Part shown: positions 29,561 to 40,056 of the stretch, one piece after another
How positions within the stretch are numbered: the stretch's first letter is position 1
How the letters are laid out: each line of letters begins with the position of its first letter
Assembly (NCBI GenBank): GCA_964291215.2
Contig: OZ219791.1
Span: forward strand, 2,112,001 to 2,176,000
Source: Alphaproteobacteria bacterium
GTDB lineage: Bacteria; Pseudomonadota; Alphaproteobacteria; MPNO01; UBA830
DNA: 64,000 nucleotides
Direction: 5' to 3'
Position numbers and translations under genes: made by a program
The notes under the pieces: model-generated
The model's database searches: none
What the model saw: the letters and a program-made list of their open reading frames with translations, nothing else
What the model was told of the DNA's origin: nothing

Positions 29561-31117
29561 ATGGCAAAGCAAGCGACCAGCAACGGTGCCAATCTCGGGT
29601 TCGAGGCGCAGCTCTGGGCCGCGGCGGACAAGCTGCGCGGCAACATGGAGCCGTCCGACTACAAGCATGTCGCTCTCGGGCTGATCTTCCTCAAATACAT
29701 CTCCGACGCCTTCGAGGCGAAGCGGGCGGCGCTGCTCAAGGAAGACCTGGCCGACCCGGAGGATCCGGAGGAATACCTTGCCGAGAACGTCTTCTGGGTC
29801 CCCAAGGCAGCCCGCTGGCCGCATCTGCAGGCCAGAGCCAGGCAGTCGGCCATCGGCAAGGACATCGATGACGCCATGCTGGCGATCGAGGCCCGGAACG
29901 CATCGCTCAAGGGGGTCCTGCCCAAGGACTACGCCCGCCCGGCGCTCAACAAGGTGATGCTCGGCGAACTGATCGATCTCGTGAGCGGGATCGGCATGGC
30001 CGAGGAGGCCGACCGCTCCCGCGACATCCTCGGGCGGGTTTACGAGTATTTCCTGGGCGGCTTCGCCGGAGCGGAGGGCAAGCGCGGCGGCGAGTTCTAC
30101 ACGCCGCGTTCCGTCGTCCGGCTGCTGGTGGAGATGCTGGAGCCCTACAAGGGCCGCGTCTACGACCCGTGCTGCGGTTCCGGCGGCATGTTCGTGCAGT
30201 CCGAGAGATTCGTCGAGGAGCATGGCGGGCGCATCGGCGACATCGCGATCTACGGACAGGAGAGCAACTACACGACCTGGCGTCTCGCCCGGATGAACCT
30301 CGCGGTCCGAGGCATCGATGCCGACATCCGCTGGAATAACGAGGGCAGCTTCCACAAGGATGAGCTGCCGGACCTCAGGGCCGACTTCATCCTCGCCAAT
30401 CCGCCGTTCAATGTCTCCGATTGGGGCGGCGACCGGCTGCGCGAGGACGTCCGCTGGAAGTTCGGCGTTCCGCCGGCGGGCAACGCCAACTATGCCTGGC
30501 TCCAGCACATCCATCATCACCTCGCCCCGAACGGGACGGCGGGCGTGGTGCTCGCCAACGGCTCCATGTCCTCGGCACAGTCCGGCGAAGGCGGCATCCG
30601 CCGCGCCCTGGTCGAGGGCGACGCGGTGGATTGCATGATCGCGCTGCCGGGGCAGCTCTTCTACTCGACGCAGATTCCGGCGTGCCTCTGGTTTCTTACG
30701 CGCAACAAGAATCCCGGCGAGGACTGCCGCGACCGGCGCGGGGAAGTGCTGTTCATCGACGCCCGCAAGCAGGGGCATATGGTGGACCGGACCCGGAAGG
30801 AATTTTCCGACGAGGACATCGTGCGGATCGCCGGTGCATATCACGCCTGGTGCGGCGGGCCGGATACACCCCCCTACGATGACGAGCTAGGATTTTGCAA
30901 GTCCGCCACGCTGGAGGGGATCAGAGAACACGACCACATTCTCACACCCGGCCGCTATGTCGGCGCCGCGGCAACCGAAGAGGACGGCGAACCCTTCGAG
31001 GACAGGATGAAGCGCCTCGCCGCGCAACTGCGCGAGCAGCAGGCCGAGGGGGCGCAGCTGGACGCCGCGATTGAGAAGAATCTCCAGGCGCTGGGCTTCG
31101 AGGGGCGCGAGGCATGA
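29561..31117 (+). CDS. hsdM: Type I R-M methyltransferase subunit
   Basis: [42 protein letters not shown]. Confidence 0.97.
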   Translation: MAKQATSNGANLGFEAQLWAAADKLRGNMEPSDYKHVALGLIFLKYISDAFEAKRAALLKEDLADPEDPEEYLAENVFWVPKAARWPHLQARARQSAIGKDIDDAMLAIEARNASLKGVLPKDYARPALNKVMLGELIDLVSGIGMAEEADRSRDILGRVYEYFLGGFAGAEGKRGGEFYTPRSVVRLLVEMLEPYKGRVYDPCCGSGGMFVQSERFVEEHGGRIGDIAIYGQESNYTTWRLARMNLAVRGIDADIRWNNEGSFHKDELPDLRADFILANPPFNVSDWGGDRLREDVRWKFGVPPAGNANYAWLQHIHHHLAPNGTAGVVLANGSMSSAQSGEGGIRRALVEGDAVDCMIALPGQLFYSTQIPACLWFLTRNKNPGEDCRDRRGEVLFIDARKQGHMVDRTRKEFSDEDIVRIAGAYHAWCGGPDTPPYDDELGFCKSATLEGIREHDHILTPGRYVGAAATEEDGEPFEDRMKRLAAQLREQQAEGAQLDAAIEKNLQALGFEGREA

Positions 31118-31359
31118 CGGTCGCGGAATTGATCGAGCTGCTTGGCGGCTATCCGCCCGCGCTGCGTGTCGTGGTGGACGGCTACGAAGAGGGTTACGAT
31201 GATCTGTCTCCCGAGCGCCTGATTGTGAAGGAGATCCACCTCGATACGGGAACCGAGTTCTCGCAGGGAAGGCATGGCGATCCGGAAGGGTTGCCCGGCG
31301 GGAAGCCGGATGCGGCCGGAACCGTTGAGGCGCTGGTCTTGCGCCGCTCTTTCTGGTGA
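31114..31359 (+). CDS. Small hypothetical protein
   Basis: ATGA-coupled to hsdM; [28 protein letters not shown]. Confidence 0.7.
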   Translation: MTVAELIELLGGYPPALRVVVDGYEEGYDDLSPERLIVKEIHLDTGTEFSQGRHGDPEGLPGGKPDAAGTVEALVLRRSFW

Positions 31360-31381
31360 AAGCGGTGCGGAAGGGCTGTTC

Positions 31382-31798
31382 ATGATCGATTACGGAAAAT
31401 TCGAGTTGTCCCTGAAACGCCTGGAGGAGCAACATGACAACTACCAGTCGCCGGACGAAGGACTATCCGAACTGACCCGGGAAGGGGTCGCGGAGTCGGT
31501 CATTCAGCGCTTCGAGACCTGCTACGATTGCTTGTGGAAGGTGCTGAAAAGATACCTTAACGAGAAACTCGGCATTGCCGAAGTGCCCAACAGTCCCAAG
31601 CCTCTCTTCAGGCTTGCACATGAAAACAGCTTGTTCGCTTCTCCGTTGGAAGATTGGCTTGAATATGCGGAAGCGCGCATCAATACGTCGCACGATTACG
31701 ACGGCGAGAAGGCGAAGGCCTGCCTGGCATTGATGCCCACGTTTATCGACGATGCCATAGGCCTTTACCAGACGATGACCGAGCAAATATGGGAATGA
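31382..31798 (+). CDS. HEPN protein (nucleotidyltransferase substrate-binding, HI0074-like)
   Basis: VIQRFETCYDCLWKVLKRYL, SPKPLFR, RINTSHDY (Rx4H). Confidence 0.9.
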   Translation: MIDYGKFELSLKRLEEQHDNYQSPDEGLSELTREGVAESVIQRFETCYDCLWKVLKRYLNEKLGIAEVPNSPKPLFRLAHENSLFASPLEDWLEYAEARINTSHDYDGEKAKACLALMPTFIDDAIGLYQTMTEQIWE

Positions 31799-33408
31799 AC
31801 TTCTCCATCGACATCACCGCCGGGCAACGCAAAGATATTTTGGCGCTGCTCGAACGCCATCTCCCGGACACCAAGGCTTGGGCGTACGGCTCCCGGGTCA
31901 GTTGGACTTCTCGCCCCCAATCCGACATCGATATGGTGGTGTTCGCGACGCCCGAACAGAAACGCGCCGTTTCCGACCTCCGGGAAGCGCTCGAGGAAAG
32001 CAGTCTCCCATTCCGGGTGGACCTGTTCGTCTGGGATGACGTGCCGGGCTCCTTCCGGAAGCAAATTGAGCGGGACCATGTGGTACTGGCCAAACCGCCA
32101 GTTCCTGCCAATCATTGGCACAGGATGCGACTTGGCGAATGCACCGTAATGAATGAAGCAACATATTCCCCGAAGGAAGATTGGCCATTTGTCAATTACC
32201 TTGATACAGGCAGCATCACAGATAACCGAATAGAGAGGATTCAATGCCTGAAGCCGAACAAAGACAAGCTGCCTGACCGTGCGCGTCGCAAAATTGAACC
32301 GGGCGACATCGTATTCTCAACCGTCCGGCCCAATCAAAGGCACTTCGGATTGCTACGGGATGTTCCAGAGAATTTTCTCGCATCTACTGGCTTTGCGGTG
32401 CTTCATGCGCGCGATGAAATTGCTCACACGGGATTCATATATTGGTTCCTCACGCAGGCAAAAATCATCGACCAGCTTCATACCATCGCCAAAAACAGCA
32501 CTTCGGCTTATCCGTCAATAAGGTCCTCGGATATCAAGAATCTGAACATCGATTTACCTCCCCTCCCCGAGCAGCGGGCGATTGCGGGCATCCTTGGTGC
32601 GCTGGACGACAAGATCAACCTGAACCGGCGGATGAACGAGACGCTGGAGGCGATGGCGCGGGCGCTCTTCAAGGACTGGTTCGTCGATTTCGGGCCGGTC
32701 CGGACAAAAATGGAAGGCCGCGACCCCTACCTGCCTCCCGAAATATGGAACTTGTTTCCCGACCGCTTCGCCAATTCCGAAATCGGCGAGATACCGAAGG
32801 GGTGGGAAGTGAGCCCGCTCGACGATCTGATCTCAGTCAATCCCCTGCGACGTTTGCCCAAGGGGCAAATGGCTCCGTACCTCGATATGGCGAACATGCC
32901 AACCAAGGGACATATACCTGATACCATCTCTGCTCGTCCCTTTGGCTCGGGGACAAAGTTCATGAACGGCGATACACTTGTGGCTCGCATCACGCCACAC
33001 CTCGAGAACGGAAAGACGGCCTATGTCGATTTCTTGCAGGAAGGCGAGGTCGGCTGGGGATCCACGGATTACATTGTCTTTCGCCCCAAGTCTCCGCTTC
33101 CGTATGAATTCGCATATTGTCTCGCTCGAAATCTTCGTTTCCGCGAATTTGCCATTCAGAACATGACCGGTACAAGCGGTCGCTGGCGGGTGCAGGCCCA
33201 AACCTTGCAAAAATTCCCACTGACGTGCCCGACGGAGCAAGTCGCCGTCGCGTTCGGAAACCTGGTTCGTCCGCCTATCGCTCGAGCAAGTGCGGCCTCC
33301 CGGCAAAGCCATTCTCTCTTCGGCATTCTACACGGGCTGCTTCCCAAGCTGATGTCCGGCGAAATCCGACTTCGCGATGCCGAAAAGGCGGTTGAGGCAG
33401 TGGCATGA
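31795..33408 (+). CDS. hsdS: Minimal nucleotidyltransferase (MNT) fused to type I R-M specificity subunit
   Basis: N-terminal AYGSRV...SDIDM and LPFRVDL; then TRD1, LPPLPEQRAIAGILGALDDKI, ALFKDWFVDF, TRD2, LLPKLMSGEIR. Confidence 0.93.
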   Translation: MNFSIDITAGQRKDILALLERHLPDTKAWAYGSRVSWTSRPQSDIDMVVFATPEQKRAVSDLREALEESSLPFRVDLFVWDDVPGSFRKQIERDHVVLAKPPVPANHWHRMRLGECTVMNEATYSPKEDWPFVNYLDTGSITDNRIERIQCLKPNKDKLPDRARRKIEPGDIVFSTVRPNQRHFGLLRDVPENFLASTGFAVLHARDEIAHTGFIYWFLTQAKIIDQLHTIAKNSTSAYPSIRSSDIKNLNIDLPPLPEQRAIAGILGALDDKINLNRRMNETLEAMARALFKDWFVDFGPVRTKMEGRDPYLPPEIWNLFPDRFANSEIGEIPKGWEVSPLDDLISVNPLRRLPKGQMAPYLDMANMPTKGHIPDTISARPFGSGTKFMNGDTLVARITPHLENGKTAYVDFLQEGEVGWGSTDYIVFRPKSPLPYEFAYCLARNLRFREFAIQNMTGTSGRWRVQAQTLQKFPLTCPTEQVAVAFGNLVRPPIARASAASRQSHSLFGILHGLLPKLMSGEIRLRDAEKAVEAVA

Positions 33409-34560
33409 TTCGTGCCCCCGTCAATCCCGAGCTTCTGCGGTGGGCGCCGCGAGCGCGCCGGGATCGCGCAGGAAGATTTGACGGAGAAGTTCAGGAAACT
33501 TCCCGAATGGGAAAGCGGTGATGTCCAGCCCTCGCTGAAGCAGGTGGAGGCGTTCGCTCGCGCCATTCATGTGCCGGTCGGTTATCTGTTCCTCCCGGAG
33601 CCGCCGAAAGAAGGTGTTCCCATCCCGGATTTCCGCACTTTCGCCGGTCGCATGGTTACGCGGCCCAGCCCCAACCTGCTGGACACGATCTACGCCTGCC
33701 AGGAGCGGCAAAGCTGGTACAGGGAGTTCGCGCGCATCGCCGGCGAGTCGGTGCTCGATTTCGTCGGCAGCGCCTCGGTTGAAGAGTCTCCTGAGAAGGT
33801 TGCGGCCCGGGTGCGGGAGACTCTGGGTTTCGATCTGGCTGCCCGCCGGGAATGTCCGACATGGACCGATGCGTTGCGGCTGTTCATCCGCCAGGCCGAC
33901 GAGGCCGGCGTTCTTGTCATGGTGAGCGGTATCGTGATGAGCAACACCCGCCGCCGTCTCGATCCCGCCGAGTTTCGCGGCTTCGCGCTGTGTGACCCGC
34001 TCGCGCCGCTGATCTTCGTCAACGGCAAGGACACGAAGGCGGCGCAGATGTTCACGCTCGCCCATGAACTCGCGCATGTCTGGCTCGGCGCTTCGGCCTT
34101 ATCGAACCTCGGCACCGTGCCAGGGACGGGTTTCCGGCGGGAGGAAGTGTGGTGCAATGCGGTGGCGGCAGAGCTTCTGGTACCACTGGAAGCCCTGCGA
34201 TCCGATCTGCGACGGAACGAGCCGCTCCCGGACACGCTGTCCCGACTGGCGCGCACCTTCAAGGTCAGCACGTTGGTCATCCTGCGCCGCCTGCTTGATG
34301 CCGGCTGGCTCACTCGCGAGCGCTTGGACGCGGCTTGGACGCAAGAGAGCGAGCATCTGAGAAAGCTGGTCCAGGCGGGCGGCGATGGCGGCGACTTCTA
34401 TCGCACGACGGTCGCGCGCGTCGGACGGCGGTTTACGCGCGCGCTGGTCGTGAGCACGCTCGAAGGCCAGACGCTTTATCGGGATGCGTTCCGGATGTTG
34501 GGCGTCAGGAAGACCGAGACCTTCAACAATCTCGGGCGCGAAGCCGGGGCGATGGGATGA
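33405..34560 (+). CDS. XRE-HTH plus ImmA/IrrE metallopeptidase; +1 frameshift near 33447 (or alternative GTG start 33412)
   Basis: MIRAPVNPELLRWA continues in another frame as RERAG..WESGDVQPSLKQV; FRGFAL, FTLAHELAH, EVWCNAVAAELL. Confidence 0.88.
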
Positions 34561-35063
34561 CGGCCTATCTCGTCGATTCGAACGTCTTCATCCAAGCCAG
34601 GAACTTGCACTATGGCTTCGATTTCTGCCCCGCCTTCTGGGATTGGCTGGTTGAGCAGAATGGCGCGGGCAAGGTCGCGAGCATCGAGAAGGTCGCGGAC
34701 GAACTGCAGGCCGGAGACGACGAGTTGGCGGAGTGGGCCGCGGCGCGGGGTGACGGGTTCTTTCTGCCGCCCGATGATGCGGTGTTGCCGGCGCTTGGCG
34801 CCGTGAGCGACTGGGCAAGCGGGCATGGATACCAGCAGGCCGCCGTCGCAACCTTCTTGCAGGTCTCCGACTACTGGCTTGTCGCGCATGCGCTGACTCA
34901 CGCGTGCATCGTCGTCACGCACGAAGTTCCCGCCGATACCGCCAGAAAGATCAAGATTCCGAATGCCTGCACCGGTCTCGGCCTGCGCTGCATGAGCCCG
35001 TACGAGATGCTCCGCCGCGAGCGTGCAAGATTTGTCCTGGGAGCGCGCAGAGCCGCGGCGTAA
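34557..35063 (+). CDS. DUF4411 family PIN-like protein
   Basis: YLVDSNVFIQA, FDFCPAFWDWL, SDYWLVAHA, VVTHE, KIKIPNAC. Confidence 0.9.
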   Translation: MTAYLVDSNVFIQARNLHYGFDFCPAFWDWLVEQNGAGKVASIEKVADELQAGDDELAEWAAARGDGFFLPPDDAVLPALGAVSDWASGHGYQQAAVATFLQVSDYWLVAHALTHACIVVTHEVPADTARKIKIPNACTGLGLRCMSPYEMLRRERARFVLGARRAAA

Positions 35064-35252
35064 TGACCAGAATCACCGAAAGCGAGGTCGAAGCCGCCGC
35101 TCTCGAATGGCTCGCCGTGCTCGGTTATGCCGTGCTGCACGGACCGGACATCGGCCCGGAGGGTCCGGCATCGGAGCGCGGCAGCCACGATGAGGTGCTG
35201 CTGACCGGTCGGCTCCGCGAGGCGCTTGTACGCCTCAACCCGAACCTGCCCG
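34991..35252 (+). repeat. 262-bp direct repeat, copy 1 (DUF4411 3' end plus hsdR 5' end)
   Basis: Near-identical to 37670-37931 (offset 2679). Confidence 0.95.
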
Positions 35253-35893
35253 ATGCGCTGGACGAGGAGGGCAAGCCGGTTGGGTGGTTGACCTATACGC
35301 TAGGCGAGTTGGCGCAACATCACTGCGCCACCTTGTCGCCTGGTGCCCAACCGGAGCGCATCTACGAGCACTACAGTATCCCAGCTTACGATGCCGGAAA
35401 TGAGCCGACCATTGAACTTGGCGGCTCGATCAAGAGCAACAAGACGATTGTGCCGAAGGGCGCGGTTCTTCTGTCCAAGCTCAATCCCAAGATTGAAAGG
35501 GTATGGTTGCCTAACCTCAATGGAAAAGTGCCTCCAATTGCGTCCACCGAATTTCTAGCCCTTACGCCTCTCGCACCGGCGACCCGCAGTGTACTCTATT
35601 GCCTCTTTAGAAGCTCAAGTTTCAGAGCGGAGATGGGCGCGAGGGTTACCGGCACTTCGAAGAGCTATCAACGCGTCCCGCCAAGGTCTCTTCTCACTTG
35701 CGAGGTCCTAGTCGCAAATCCAAAATTGCTTGCATCGTTCGACAGGACGGTTAGCACCATGATGTATCGGCTGCTCTCAAATCGTCGAGAGTCCCGCGAA
35801 TTGGCGCAGACCCGCGATCTGCTTCTCCCAAAGTTGGTGTCGGGAGAAATCCGCCTTCGTGATGTTGAGCGCGCTGTAAAGGCGGTTGCTTAA
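35063..35893 (+). CDS. Chimeric ORF: HsdR N-terminus (about 63 aa) fused to the C-terminal half of a second HsdS
   Basis: MTRITESEVEAAALEWL...RLNPNLP then DALDEEGKPVGW, one TRD, and LAQTRDLLLPKLVSGEIRLRDVERAVKAVA. Confidence 0.85.
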   Translation: MTRITESEVEAAALEWLAVLGYAVLHGPDIGPEGPASERGSHDEVLLTGRLREALVRLNPNLPDALDEEGKPVGWLTYTLGELAQHHCATLSPGAQPERIYEHYSIPAYDAGNEPTIELGGSIKSNKTIVPKGAVLLSKLNPKIERVWLPNLNGKVPPIASTEFLALTPLAPATRSVLYCLFRSSSFRAEMGARVTGTSKSYQRVPPRSLLTCEVLVANPKLLASFDRTVSTMMYRLLSNRRESRELAQTRDLLLPKLVSGEIRLRDVERAVKAVA

Positions 35894-37629
35894 TGATCCG
35901 GGACGAAGACATCCGCCGCCAACTCCGCTTGGCTGAGGACAGCCAGTGGGAATTCAAGCGTATCGAGTTCCGCGGCAACACACCGACCAGCCCACTCAGA
36001 GACGATTGGGCGGACGAACTCGGCGCGTTTGGCAACGCGGACGGCGGGATAATGCTCTGTGGAGTGTCTGACGACGGAACAATCAAAGGCATGTCGCGAG
36101 AACAGATGGCGGCCCTGGACCACCTTCTTGTGGAGGTCAGCACCGATGTCCTTGAGCCGCCGCTGCGCATCGGCGTCCACCACAGAGAACTGGATGGTAG
36201 AGCATTCCTGCTGGCCGCAGTTCCACGCGGCGAAGCCCTGCATGAACGGAACGGGCAGGCATTCGTCCGGGTCGGTGCGACCAAGCGGCGCCTGCGCAGG
36301 GACGAAGGTCTGAGGCTGGCGCAGAATCGTGCGCAGAACCGCTACCTGTGGTTCGACAAGCAGATCGTTCCCGAAACCGGCTTCGAGACACTCAGCGAAC
36401 GCCTGTGGGAGCCGCTGCTCAGCGTGGCGGCGGCGGCGGACCCACGGCGCGGATTGCTGAATCTTCGCCTGCTGGCGCAGGATGAAGCGGGCGTGGATCG
36501 GGCCACCGTGGCCGGCATACTGCTTTGTACTCCTTCGCCGCAGGACTGGTTGCCGCAAGCGACCATCGCGGCGACGCATTATCGCGGATTGGATCGTGCC
36601 TCGGGCCAGCTGGACGCGCAGGAGATCGCCGGACCGCTCCCCGCACAGATTGCGGACTCGGTCCGGTTCGTCGTTCGCAATATGCGCGTTTCCGCCCGCA
36701 AGACTCCGGAACGGGAAGATGTTTTCCAGTACAGCAAGGCCGCCGTATTCGAGGCGGTGGTCAACGCGGTTGCGCACCGCGACTACTCCATGTCTTCCCG
36801 CAGGATCCGGCTATCCATGTTCAAGGATCGCCTGGAAATCGATTCGCCCGGCCAGCTTCCGAACGGCATGACCATCGAAAGCATGGAGGACAGTCAGGCC
36901 ACGCGCAACGAGGTGATCGCATCCGTGTTCGGGCACATCGCCGTCGGTAATGTGGCAGGGTCGGGTCGTCGTAGGTACCTGATGGAACGCCGCGGGGATG
37001 GCGTGTCGATCATCCGCACGGAAACCCAGGAGGCCACCGGCTTGCCGCCGGAATACAGATTGGTTGAAGAATCGAGCTTGGTGCTCCGCATTCCTGCCGC
37101 CAAGCTGGAGCTGGTTCCTGCCGACGCAACAGTCACGGTGCATTGCGGAGGTGAGCCCCTCGCCGGTATCGAGGTTCTCGCGCTCTTCCCCAACAAGACT
37201 TGGGTCCGGGCGACGACTGACGAGGCCGGCGATGCGGCCCTGGACCTTTACACGACGAATTTGCCGATGACGATCTATGCTGCCGGGTCGGGGTATGCCG
37301 CCGGATTGGAACGAGCTTGGACCCCCAATCGGGGCGGCCTGCTGCTCGAACTCGAACCGCTCGAATCCGGTGGCGCCGCGATTTTCTCTCAGAGCACGGG
37401 ACACCTTCCTGGCCTGCACGGACGGCTGAACCCGATACGCGATACGTCCGACCGGACCTATCTGTACGCCGACAACATCGCCATCGACGAGGGGCGTCCG
37501 CAACCCGTGCCGTTTCGGCCCGGCAAACCGATACGGCTGACGGACGCCCATGGCTCGGAATTGTCGGTCACTATCGTGGACATCCTCGGCCGGTCCGCCT
37601 TGATCGAATACAGACCGTTTGAACCGTGA
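35893..37629 (+). CDS. Schlafen/AlbA_2 domain plus HATPase_c_4-like domain plus unknown beta-rich C-terminal region
   Basis: EDSQWEFK, AFGNADGGIMLCGVSDDG, EAVVNAVAHRDY, DRLEIDSPG, MERRGDGV; about 170-aa tail that is not a wHTH. Confidence 0.88.
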   Translation: MIRDEDIRRQLRLAEDSQWEFKRIEFRGNTPTSPLRDDWADELGAFGNADGGIMLCGVSDDGTIKGMSREQMAALDHLLVEVSTDVLEPPLRIGVHHRELDGRAFLLAAVPRGEALHERNGQAFVRVGATKRRLRRDEGLRLAQNRAQNRYLWFDKQIVPETGFETLSERLWEPLLSVAAAADPRRGLLNLRLLAQDEAGVDRATVAGILLCTPSPQDWLPQATIAATHYRGLDRASGQLDAQEIAGPLPAQIADSVRFVVRNMRVSARKTPEREDVFQYSKAAVFEAVVNAVAHRDYSMSSRRIRLSMFKDRLEIDSPGQLPNGMTIESMEDSQATRNEVIASVFGHIAVGNVAGSGRRRYLMERRGDGVSIIRTETQEATGLPPEYRLVEESSLVLRIPAAKLELVPADATVTVHCGGEPLAGIEVLALFPNKTWVRATTDEAGDAALDLYTTNLPMTIYAAGSGYAAGLERAWTPNRGGLLLELEPLESGGAAIFSQSTGHLPGLHGRLNPIRDTSDRTYLYADNIAIDEGRPQPVPFRPGKPIRLTDAHGSELSVTIVDILGRSALIEYRPFEP

Positions 37630-37745
37630 CGGTCGTCAATGCGTTCATCCGGGCCCGGAACCTGCATCACATGAGCCCGTACGAGATGCTCCGCCGCGAG
37701 CGCGCAAGATTTGTCCTGGGAGCGCGCAGAGCCGCGGCGTCATGA
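37626..37745 (+). pseudogene. Internally deleted second DUF4411 copy
   Basis: VTVVNAFIRARNLH joined to MSPYEMLRRERARFVLGARRAAAS, i.e. both ends of the 34557 gene. Confidence 0.8.
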
Positions 37746-37931
37746 CCAGAATCACCGAAAGCGAAGTGGAAGCCGCCGCTCTCGAATGGCTCGCCGGGCT
37801 CGGCTATGCCGTGCTGCACGGACCGGACATCGGCCCGGAGGGTCCGGCATCGGAGCGCAGCAGCCACGATGAGGTGCGGCTGACCGGCCGGCTCCGCGAG
37901 GCGCTTGTACGTCTCAACCCGAACCTGCCCG
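37670..37931 (+). repeat. 262-bp direct repeat, copy 2
   Basis: Matches 34991-35252. Confidence 0.95.
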
Positions 37932-40045
37932 CCGCGGCGCTGGAGGAGGTGCTGCGCAAGTTGCGGCAGACGGAGACCCCCTCCCTCGTCGAGGAGAACC
38001 GCCGCCTGCACCGCTACCTGATCGCGGGCGTGCCGGTCGAGGTGGTGCGGGAGGACGGCAGCATCGGCGGCGACGCCGCCCGTCTGATCGATTTCGACGA
38101 CCTCGAGGCCAACGACTGGCTGGCGGTGAACCGGTTCACGGTGATCGAGCACGAACACAACCGCCGCCCCGACATCGTGCTGTTCATCAATGGCCTGCCG
38201 CTGGCCGTGATCGAGATGAAGAACCCCGGCGACGAAAACGCCACCCTCGAAGGGGCGTTCAACCAGCTCCGGACTTACAAGAACGAGATACCTTCCCTGT
38301 TCCGCACCAATGCCGCTCTCATGACTTCGGACGGTCTTCAGGCGCGGCTCGGAGCTGACGGCCGGTCCCGAACGGTTCATGCCCTGGCGCACCGTGGACG
38401 GCGCCGCCGTCGCCCCGAAGGGCGCGCCCGAGCTCGAAACCGTCGTCGAAGGCGTGTTCGGGAAGAACCGGTTTCTGGCCCTGGTCCGGGACTTCACCGT
38501 GTTCGGGGACACGGGCGCGGGACTGGTCAAGATCGTGGCCGGCTACCACCAGTTTCACGCCGCGCGGTCGCGGCCACATTGCGCGCGCTTCCCGGGCAAC
38601 TGGAGACACTGCGCGAGGACCCGGCCCCATACGGGCTGCCGTCCGTTGAAGCGCAGCCGGCGGGCGACAGGCGCATCGGCGTGATCTAGCATACGCAAGG
38701 CTCCGGCAAGAGCCTGCTGATGGCGTTCTACGCCGGACAGGTCATCGCCCACCCGGCGATGGAGAACCCGACCATCGTGGTCATCACCGACCGCAACGAC
38801 CAGTTGTTCGGCACGTTCTCCATGTGCCGCGACCTGCTCCGCCAGGCCCCGCGGTAGGCCGACAGCCGGGAGGATCTGCGGAAAGTGCTGACGCGCCCAT
38901 CCGGCGGCGTCGTGTTCACCACTCTCCAGAAGTTCGCACCCGAGTCCGGTGAAACGGACTATCCGGTGCTCTCCGACCGCCGCAACATCGTCGTGATCGC
39001 GGATGAGGCGCACCGCAGCCAGTACGGTTTCCGCGCCAGGGTGGCCCGCGAGACCGGGGAGATTTCCTACGGCTTCGCCAAGTACCTGCGCGACTCCCTG
39101 CCGAACGCTTCCTTCATCGGCTTCACCGGCACACCGATCGAAAAGGAGGATGTGAACACGCCGTCCGTTTTCGGCAATTATATCGACATCTACGACATCA
39201 ACCGCGGCGTCGAAGACGGCGCGACCGTACCGATCTACTACGAGAGCCGCCTCGCCCGCATCGAGCTCGACGAAAGCGAGAAGCCGGCGCTCGACGACGA
39301 GATCGCCGAACTGACCGAGGACGAAGGCGAACAGGAACGGCTCAAGAGACGATGGGCGAACGTCGAGGCCGTCGTCGGGACGGAGAAGCGCCTGCGCCTG
39401 GTTGCCCGGGATCTGGTCGAGCACTTCGAGAGGCGTGTCGCCGGCATGGACGGCAAGGCCATGATCGTCTGCATGAGCCGCCGCATCTGCGTCGCGCTCT
39501 ATGGCAAGATCGTCAAGCTGCGCCCGGACTGGCACAGCGACGACGACGAAAGCGGCGTCATCAAGATCGTCATGACCGGCGCGGCGTCGGACCCGAAGCA
39601 TTGGCAACGCCACATCGGGGGCAAGGCGCGCCGGGAGCTGCTCGCCAAGCGGATCAAGGACGCGGACGACCCGCTCAGGCTGGTGATCGTGCGGGACATG
39701 TGGCTGACCGGCTTCGACGCGCCTGCACACGATGTACATCGACAAGCCCATGCGGGGGCACGGGCTCATGCAGGCCATCGCCCGCGTCAACCGCGTGTTC
39801 CGCGACAAGCCCGCCGGTCTGATCGTGGACTACATCGGCATCGCACAGAATCTGAAGTCCGCCCTCGGCCAATACTCGCGCGACGACCGAAGGCACGCCG
39901 GCATCGACGAGGCCGAAGCCGTCGCGGTCATGCTGGAGAAGTACGAGATCGTGAGCGCCATGTTCCACGGTTTCGACTTCCGCAAGGGCCTTGTCGGGTC
40001 GCCGCAGGAGCGGCTCGCGGCGCTGGCCGGCGCCATCGAGCATGA
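37742..40045 (+). pseudogene. hsdR: Type I restriction subunit R, inactivated and 3'-truncated
   Basis: [62 protein letters not shown]; TAG stops near 38687 and 38854; frameshifts. Confidence 0.95.
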
Positions 40046-40056
40046 CAATCCCATGC

